Part shown: positions 54,632 to 64,000 of the stretch, piece after piece
Layout: the number at the start of each line of letters is the position of its first letter
Position numbering within the stretch: the stretch's first letter is position 1
Assembly: GCF_021869535.1 (NCBI RefSeq)
Contig: NW_026262723.1
Span: forward strand, 101,184,001 to 101,248,000
Length of the DNA: 64,000 nt
Direction of reading: 5' to 3'
From: Mytilus californianus
Lineage: Eukaryota
The notes under the pieces: model-generated
Seen by the model: the letters and a program-made list of their open reading frames with translations, nothing else
Told to the model about the DNA's origin: nothing
Databases searched by the model: none
Made by a program: the position numbers and the translations under genes

Positions 54632-57600
54632 ATGTCGAACATGTATAGGAATGGTCTATGTATTTTTCTTGTTTTCTTATTAAATCGAAACAATGCAGGT
54701 AATATTTAACTTTATTTGATGATCTTATCAGCAGCATATTAAAGGTATATTTCTTTACAATTTAAATGAGAAAACAAAGTTTTTATTATCCTTATTATTA
54801 CTTAAGAAAATTTTGTTGTTTTTTAAAGAATTTACTAATAAATCAATGTTTTTCTTTTCCCATATTTCCCAAAAGGTTTATATAGAATGCATTCATTTTT
54901 TCTTTGTTTTCTGTCCTGAACAAATAAAAAAAATATCATGATAAAACAGCATGATATGTATAATACATATTGTTGGTTATCATACAGATTTTGGAACACC
55001 ATTTACTGATTTACTGGTGGCAGAAGTGGATGAAAATTCCGCAACAATAATTTGGAAGACAGGAAATCTGATCGATGGATTTGTTAATGGTAATATTATA
55101 TGAAGAATGGTGTTGGGATTTGAAATATAAATGATTAGAAACGAATTTCAATACGTCAAGCAATGAACAAATAATGCTAACATGTAATGACAATAATAAT
55201 AATAATAATAATAGAAATAATAATAATAATAATAATAATGAATCAAGGTAATTGAATGAATGTCGGTGAATTTTATCGCGAGTAAAATTGTATATTGCAC
55301 GAGCTTGCGAGTAGGGTATATATTCTACGAGGGATATGATTCGTCAATATTCATGCAATAACCCTTTTATTGTAAATCAAAGATTGAAAAACTGTTTAAA
55401 ACTTATTTTTGAAGGTAAATATGACATAATATTGCTCGCTATATTTTCTTTACGTTCTATTGGGAATATTATGTTGCTATATGTAATAATAATCATAATA
55501 AAAATATAAATAATAATTAAATAAATAATAATGATAATAATAATCATGATAATATATTAATAATTATGATGCAATTTGTAATTATAATATTGGATTACTG
55601 CGATAAAACTGACTAATTTATATTAAGTCATATGATTGATGTTTGTTAATTTTAGCTTACCACATAAAGTGTGAACAAAAAGATCTATACAAGACCATGT
55701 TGGACGTTTCTGTCTCAATTTCAACTTCCTCTTTTACAATTACCTCACTTAGTCCATCTACAAATTACACTGTATCCCTGTACGGAGTAACCAATAATAG
55801 TCGACTGCTGATATCATCACTGGACTTTGAAACTGAAATAGAGGATTCCGTAGGTTGGTTCTAATTTCACTTACTTCATTTGAACACCACTTTTTAAGTT
55901 GAAATATTTTGTTCATAAACATCTGGATGATTTTAAAATGTTTTGCAGTTGACATACAATCTTTGTAACTTAAATAAAAAAAAGGATGCATTTCCGCAGA
56001 TAATTTCCGATGACGTGTTGTGCATTCGAGGAATTAGCATCTGTCTTATATAGTTGATTTCACTTTTTTTATCCACAATATTTAAACAGAAAAAAATACA
56101 GAGAAGAACACATATAATCAATCTGACGTAAAATACAGATACCAAAAATGTAACGTACAACACACAGATACTAAACATGATATGTACAACAAAGATGCTT
56201 AATACGATAGGTACAAAACGGATACCAAACAAGTAAATCACGTTACAGGTACCAACTCTGTTTTGTACAGCACACATATCAAATCTATCTGTAACATACA
56301 ACACAGAAATCAGATTCTGTAAAGTACAACATATATTTCAAATATGTAATATACGACACAGTTACCAAGTCTGTAAAGTACAACGCAGATACTATTATAT
56401 TATTATTTTTTATTGTGACGTCACGAAAATAGGTGACAATAGTTGATGAAGTTACAAAGAAAGAACACATCATTTTGCAGATCATTGGAAAAGAAGGATT
56501 ATTAAGTGTGTCTTCATATCGTCTAAAAATCATTAGAGAAACAGATTCTACCACCAAATCTTGTGCAATACGATATTTCTCCACTCTCGACAGTTAAATT
56601 TCGGCGAGCGTCGCGTTTTAAATTTGTAAATTTAACTGTCTCGAGTGGAGAAATACCGTATTAGACTCGATACAGTAGAAGAATCTATATAACTTTATAT
56701 CAAAATTAAATCTTTTGTTGACAAATACATAAAAATTATAGACAAATTAAGGCAAAAAAAATTCAAAAATTCAAAAAGACCAGCTAGAGCAATGAAATAA
56801 CCGTTGGTTTATATCTTGAATGTAAATTTAAATTTCACAAGTTTCATGCTTCGTCTGCTATGTTTCAGCCCAGACATTGCCAGTATTAAACAGCTCAATG
56901 CCTTGTAAAGAGGAATTTGACTGTTTAAATGGAGTTTGTGTTTCATTTCAATGGGTTTGTGATGGAGAAAACGATTGTGAAAATTTAAAAGATGAAGAAA
57001 ACTGTACAGTAAAATGTAAGCAAGTCAAGTATATACGATGTACTTATTTTTTGGATTGCACACGGTCGTGCTTTTCTCAAGATTGTTTATGATGTCTTTA
57101 CGCTAAATCCGTTTGATGTGTACTGATTGATACTGAGGTCTGTGAGAACATGATTTATTTTTTAGCTGTAATTGGTTTTGAAGTAGTTTTCAGTAACTGC
57201 GAGTATTTTTACATCTATACTGTGTGTCTTTTGTCTTTATGTTAATGTTTTTGTGCTTCGTGCCAATTCAAGCCATTTCAAACTAATTTTGACAGTTCTT
57301 TTGGTGTGATGTTGCACCTCTTTCCGAGATAAGGGTGGATGTTGAGCGTTCACAAACATATATACCCCGTCACATTATTTATATGCCTGTCCCAAGTCAG
57401 AAGCCTTGTTCAGTGGTTGTCGTTGGTTGCTCTTCGTAATATTTGTTTTTCGTTTATAATTTTGTCATAAATCAGGCCGTTGGTTTTTATCGTTTGAAAT
57501 GCTCACATTTTGTGATGTTGCAAACATACAACATCTCCTAATTTTCATATTTAATGATCCTGGGAAAAGATCGCCAATTTACATGTACTACTTACACGTA

Positions 57601-60600
57601 ATAATGAAATAAATTTAATTGTCATATAAAAATAAGAAGATGTGGTATAATTGCCAATGAGACAACTCTCCACCAGAGACCAAATGACATAGAAGTTAAC
57701 AACTATAGGTCACCGTACAGCCTTCAACAATGAGCAAAGCCCATACCGCATAGTCAGCTTTAAAAGGCCCCGAAATTACAAATATAAAACAATTCAAAAG
57801 AGAAAACTAACGGCCTGATTTATATACAAAACAAGGAACGAGAAACAAATATGATATACAGCAACAAACGACAACTACTGAATTACAGGTTCCAGACTTG
57901 GGACAGACACATACATAATGTGGCGGGATTCAACTAGTTCGTTGGCGCTAAACCCTCACCTTAACCTGGGATAGTGGTGTAACAGTTCAACATAAGAACA
58001 AACTATAAAAATCAGTTGAAAAGGGCTTAACTCATCAGATCGATACAAAGCAGAAAGACAGCTAACAAAAACACAGACCGGACGGCAGGGTATTTATACA
58101 TCCCCACAACAAAAAAGACCCTAAGTACAGATTTCAGAGTAACTCGCAGCTAGTTCAAAGCTTATAACAACTAATAAAAAAATCATGCATCTAAGACTAA
58201 AATACATGTATGATTGAATTCAATTGCAAATGTAATCTTAAACATTTAAAACTTTAAAAAAATACGAGCGATATAGTTATAATACGGATAATATTGTAAA
58301 AACAATGAAATATAATCATGTCATTGGGTTAAAGATTTTAAAATTTTTACGCACAATTTTGTCATTACAGATACACAGTGTGGCAATTCAGAGTTCCGAT
58401 GTGATGATGGCTCTTGTATTCCCGCTAAGTGGCGTTGTGATAACAATGACGATTGTGGTGACAACAGCGATGAACATGACTGTGAAGACGTTTTGTCAGG
58501 CTGTGGAGGGTTCAGAAACAGGACGGATACAGAAGGTGATATAAGGGGGAGATTTGATTCAACAAATGTTGATAACAACAGAACTTGTATATGGGATATC
58601 GTTGTTCCAGGACATATGGTTGGTATATTTTGTGGCAAACATGAATATAGTTTATGTAAGAACAAGTTTCGTTTTGAAGCACGTAGATGTGTCTATGTTT
58701 GCCTAAGAACACGTTTGTCATTTGTGTGATAAGATTAATAAAGAAATATAAAAACAAAATCGCCACAAAATGATAGGGTAACTTATACTGCTGACAACTG
58801 ATAATACATTGAATGTTAGATAATTTGTTTTAATAAAATTAGGAAGAATCAGCGCTAGATAAATATGACATAATGTTACAATATTTATATCAGTTACTCA
58901 TACTTAAACCAGCCGAACCGCATCTGATACAATCAAATGGTATGATGCAATAATGAAATTTACTTACTCTTACAGATCATAAAGTTACATTTCTATACAC
59001 GATTCAATATAAGAACATCTGAAAATTGTACAGATGAATATGTTGCAGTATTCCAGGAAGGTGGAAAGGAGATAGGTAAAATATATACATCAAGTTTGTT
59101 AAAACAATTGGAAAAAAGTAATAATACTCTGGAAAGATTTTGGATACGAAAATTAAAAAACGTGGCACCAAATGGGATCAATAAAAAGGTGTAGTACAAA
59201 TCACGCAGGGCTAATAAGCCATAGCATCTGGATGTGTTAGTTCCATTTTGGATGCATACATACGAAGCCTTTATACACCTTATCGGTATTTAGTCTAATC
59301 CGGGAAAAACAGTTACTTAGAACACTTCCTATTTGAGTCATAAGGGTCATGTTGTGCCAAAAAAAAGGTCATTAATAATGATGAGAGGAAGGAAAAAGTT
59401 AAGAGAGCGAACATTTTTAAAATCTGATAGTTTATGAAGCAATGTTTCAAAGAAAAATTAAAGTCATTAAAAGACTGTGTTTAAAGTGTTAACGATGATT
59501 TGAACATGATTATACGAAAAGTTCTTTGCACAATACATTGTTTAAACAGGGCCCCAGTAAGCTTTAACTGGTTTGTTACGTCATAAAAAAGTTGTGTAAT
59601 TTCAGAACTTATCCAGATTTGAATAAATAGCGATAAGGTCTATTGTAAATACTGCATCTACATGAAATTTGAGAATTTACCAAACGTGGTTCGATTCTTT
59701 ATTTGTATAACGTTCTTTTTTTTTAAAGGAAAATCAGCAGAGATTAATAAGACTTCAGTTTACATCAACATCATACTGATGAAGGATATCTGTTATTCGA
59801 AATATTTATTGAAAGTAATAATTTTGTTGTTGTTGTACACTTTTAAGGCGTATGTATCTATATGCAATACCCTATTATAAAGTTTCTTATATTAGTGGAT
59901 TGATAAATTAAGAAAAAGGGCGCTTAAATTAGACTAGGAGGCTGAAAAAAATATTTTTGTAAATTTATGATACCTTCGTATTAATTTTTTTCCCGGTCGC
60001 AAAGTGTTCCCATGGTGCAGTTCCCGAAAACATGAAGGGAAAATGGCATCATCAGCATCTTCCGAAACCAATCACATTTAACATATATACTTGAAATCTT
60101 TTTTTTTACTGAAAATGATATTCAGACTTAAGTTTTGAGTGTGTAACAAAGCGAGAAAGTGTTCTTTATTTACCTTGACGTTATACCGTATAATATCGAT
60201 GTTTTATGTTTAGTATATTTTAGGGAAATACTGTGGGAGAAAGCGCCCTCCTGACATTGTTATAGAAAACAGTAATACACGGATTGTCTTCAAGGCCATC
60301 AACATGACGCAGGACGAGGGGTTTGCTATGCACTGGTCATCAATTAGGTGTATGAATCTTTATAATCTTGTAAATTGTTTAGAGTAATTAGCACAAAATG
60401 ATACGCAATGGTCAATCGATATATATTGCCGTTCAATGACGATTTTTATCTCATTTTGTGTTTTTGGTTAAAACTCTAGTAGATTAGTGAAACTGTAAAC
60501 ATCAAAAGGAAAAGCAAGATAAGATCTACTAATAAGTCAAAAAGGCAGAAATCGTCAGTCAACCCCTTTTTAAAAATTATTGCCTTTCAATAACGATTTT

Positions 60601-63514
60601 TACCATTTTATTTGTTTCTTGAAAAAATTGTAGTAGATAGAGACAAATTTTAAGCAGAAAAATATTATCGGCAAAATAAGATCTACGAATAATTAAACAT
60701 GATCGGAGTGTCGGCCTACTCCTAATCACAGTAAATGCCCTACACAGAAGGACAAATAAAATAGAACAATTGACCAGCAAGTATATCTACAAAAATCAAC
60801 ATGGCTTAAATGGTAAGTCGACTCCTAATAGAAATTATTGCCCTTAAATGATGATTTGTTTTGCATTTTGTTTGCTATAATTTTGAAAACTATTATAGAT
60901 AGAAAGAAATTATAAACATCAGAAGCGATCAGCAATAACTATCTTCAAATAAGTCAAATGGGTGAAATCGTCAGTCTACTCTTTAAAGGCGTTATTTCCC
61001 TTAATGACGATTTTTACCCCTTTTTGTGTCTTTGGCTACAATCTTGAAAACTACAATAGATGCACGTAGAGAGAAACTGTAAGAGTCAAAAGAAATCGTC
61101 TGTCAACTTCTTATGGGATTTATTGCGTATCATTGACGTATTTACCCATTTTTGGGTTTGTGGTGAAAACTATTGCAGATAGAGAGAAACTGTAAACATC
61201 AAAATAAGATCTTCTTATTAGTCAAGATGACAGAAACCGTCAGAGAACTCCTTGTAGGAATTTTTGCAGTTCAAAGAAATTTTTTACTCATTTTGCATTT
61301 TTTGGCACATGAGAACATATAGTAGATAGAGAAAAAAATTGAACAGCAAACATACACCTGGAAGATAAAATATACAATTAAGTCAAAGTAGCTGAAATCG
61401 ACTCCTTATTTGAGTTATTGCCTTAAAAAAGTTTTTGCCCAATTTTAGTGTTTTTATCTAATATCTCGAAATCGGCTATAGATAGATTGAATCTTTCAAT
61501 TGGAAAAAAGATCAGCGACAGAAACAAATCAAATGACTCCTGACAGGAATTGTTGTCAGTTTTATACTAATAATGTCAGGCTAGCGATACAGATTCTGTG
61601 GAGCCTTAAGTTTGTGAATTCACACGAATATCATATATATATATATTACGTGTTTATACTAGATTTTCTGTATAATCTCATCAATCAACATTGAAGCCTA
61701 AATATATATATATGTTCTTGTAACCCACTTCAGAATTGAAAGAAAAGTTCTCACTATAAATACGTTAGTGTTCAAGTTTGTTCTATTTACTTGTGAAGCG
61801 ATGGCCTATATAATTCTTTCTAGATGTGTCAGTTGAGGTTATTCCGAAGAACACTGGCATCATTAAATGCGTTCCGAATAGTAAAGTTCAACCAATCAGC
61901 GGAATTTTAATTTTGACCATATTTATTTTTGATGCAGATTTTTGCATACTAAAATGGAAATATTAGTAAAATAGAAAGCTTTTAGTAGATATAAAACAGG
62001 AAATAAGGAACTCTTTTATCAAAAGAAGGGTTGGATCGGGGTTCTGTGTATTCACATGATTTGTATTTCACTCTCTACTCTTGAAACATGTGGTGGTATT
62101 TTCCGACCCAAATGGTTACCACAAACTTTATTTCTATACATAGTATAGTAAACATGTATGCAGCTCTACATCGGCCAGAATCGAGGCAAAATTTTACTAA
62201 ATTCAATAGAGACTACCAACAGTGTGCCTTTGGAATAATTCGTGTGTTATCCTCTTGATTTTGATTTATATCTACTTTATTTGTTGGTTCGGTATTATTT
62301 ACCTGTTATTAGTTGTTGTATATAAAAGAATGACTGTAGCTGAAAAGTCATAATAAACCACGAAAAATGTGAAACTTGAAAAATGTCCGTTTTTCAACTT
62401 TCAATTCTTCATACAAATATAAAACTTAAATGCTTTCAGCATCAACAAGTACACTTCCCACAACAAATCCAGATAGATTGATCTGTAACAAGATTTTTAC
62501 CATCAACAATGAAACATCAGGACATATTGATACATCAGAACTTAGTCAAACGTTTGACTTCCAATGCCAGTGGTATATTGAAGCTCCGATTAATAATAGA
62601 ATCCTGTTCCAGTTTACCTACCTTACCCTGAACGAAGATATGTTGTGTTCACATGATTCTCTAATAATATTGGACGGACGGAATTCCAGTAACAAGTATG
62701 GTCCATTTTGTGGACAAACTATACCTCCTGATATAGTAACTAGTGATCGCTTCGCAAAGATAATATACCAACTGGATCCTATTAATGGAACTAGTGGATT
62801 TCATCTTCAGTTTTCTGCTATAGGTTATTATTTGAATTGTATTAATTCATATTTACTTGAAAAATAACTATTGACCCTAATTGACCATGTCTAAAACATC
62901 CATGGAAACTCGATTAAAAAAGTACTGAATATATTATTTAATGTTAAGGATTTTACGTTTTGCATGTTTTACTTCCGGATTTAGAGAATAGCAGTGTTTA
63001 AACTGTAGTTATATTTGTCATACAAGTTATTAATAGGATTAAAATATAATATCATAAATGATGAAACTGTTCCCAACGAACCATTTTCAAAAACATTGTC
63101 TTTTTCATAATTTTTTCATTTTTCCCCCAGAAATTCCCAAGCCTACAACTACAAGGTCCAGTCCCGGAATTAACTGTTCCCACGATATATATTATCAAAA
63201 CCCCGGTTTCATTATTTCACCGAATTTTGGTAACGGAAACTACTTTACTAGACTGCATTGTGTTTGGAGGATATTTGCTCCAAAGGGATACGTAATACGA
63301 CTTCACTTTCTCCAGTTTGACATTGAATATGAATCAGATTGTCTGTATGATGCACTTACAATAACAAATGAGAACAGTATTAATACTTTTTGCGGTCAAA
63401 CTAACCCAAAGGACATTTTATCAAAGACGAATACTATAATGCTGACTTTTGTAACCGACCATAACATGTCAGGAAAAGGATTTAACATTTCTTACACAAC
63501 AGAAAACCAGACAG
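54632..63514 (+). CDS. Secreted or extracellular FN3-LDLa-LDLa-CUB-CUB-CUB protein, 3'-incomplete. Exons 54632(or 54641)-54698, 54988-55089, 55656-55853, 56869-57015, 58371-58618, 58976-59075, 60224-60349, 62440-62823, 63131-63514
   Basis: Signal-like exon [23 protein letters not shown]|gt. FN3 ([17 protein letters not shown]), two LDLa ([14 protein letters not shown]; [15 protein letters not shown]), three CUB domains (CIWDI..YCG..GF; CQWYI..FCG..GF; CVWRI..FCG..GF). All phases are compatible. The last exon ends in a phase 1 donor, so the gene continues beyond the window. The donor at 60349 was chosen over 60347 for frame. Confidence 0.85.
55190..55240. repeat. (AAT)n microsatellite, with further AT-rich low complexity at ~55480-55600
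   Basis: Direct reading; lies in the intron splitting the FN3 domain. Confidence 0.85.
57250..58200. mobile_element. Two oppositely oriented copies of the abundant Penelope-like subfamily 2 3' region (~57250-57550 plus; ~57625-58200 minus)
   Basis: Match to 23500-24518. Other partial copies lie near 5630-6130, 8840, 18820, 33400, 35400, 38840, 40200 and 50520. Confidence 0.65.
60420..61500 (-). repeat. Degenerate ~150-170-bp tandem array, same unit as inside the 51698-52765 element but in opposite orientation
   Basis: Recurrent GAAATCGTCAGTC.ACTC..T...GTTATTGCCCTTAAATGACGATTTT blocks. Confidence 0.65.
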
Positions 63515-64000
63515 GTACTAGTATTTGAATTTATCAAAATTTAGATCTATAAATGTTACATTTACAAGTATCAAGTTTAATCAAAAACAAAAAACAAAAA
63601 AATCCATAAAAACCCACATGGAATTGTGATTTAATACGAACAATAGATATATAATTAGTGATGTTGATGTTAGCATGATCAGAGACATATTTATTCGATT
63701 TTACTTTTTTTTTTAACTGTAAATGCGCAAAATCCAAACATTTTAATTTCTCAACTATACTTGAGAACTTTGTAAAAGATGCTTTAAATGCATAAAGATA
63801 TGTGTTAAATCCATGATAATTCGATAGCTTCAAAACACCGCTTTTGATGCGATAAAAAGACAGGCGAAAGATACCAAAGGGGCATTCAAACTCATAAGTC
63901 GAAAATAAACTAACAACGCCATGGAAACAAATGTGAAGAACCAAAAGACAAATAACAGTACACAAAACACAACACAGAAAACTGAAGACTGAGCAACACG

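Overview
Eukaryotic, AT-rich, repeat-dense animal DNA; the repeat families and genes point to a bivalve mollusc, probably Mytilus-like (inference). I assembled four intron-containing genes by hand, all with GT-AG junctions and consistent reading frame. (1, 2) Two tandem rhabdomeric (Gq-type) opsin paralogs on the minus strand, 489 aa and 537 aa, with identical 4-exon structure. (3) A secreted SRCR-LDLa-SRCR-trypsin mosaic protease (549 aa, plus strand), head-to-head with the upstream opsin. (4) The 5' part of a secreted FN3-LDLa-LDLa-CUB-CUB-CUB protein that runs off the window end. The rest is mobile DNA: Penelope-like RT relics and their 3' tails, a decayed 1.3-kb PIF/Harbinger-type transposon, MITEs, Helentron-like non-autonomous elements, a V-SINE-like piece, a LINE zinc-knuckle fragment, and a 36-bp minisatellite grown from a retroelement tail. 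The most striking signal outside the ORF track is nine minimal type I hammerhead ribozyme motifs from two families. One is fully intact, and two form a tandem pair exactly 350 nt apart, which is retrozyme architecture. No CRISPR, rRNA or tRNA gene was found. Most short ORFs in the supplied track are spurious.
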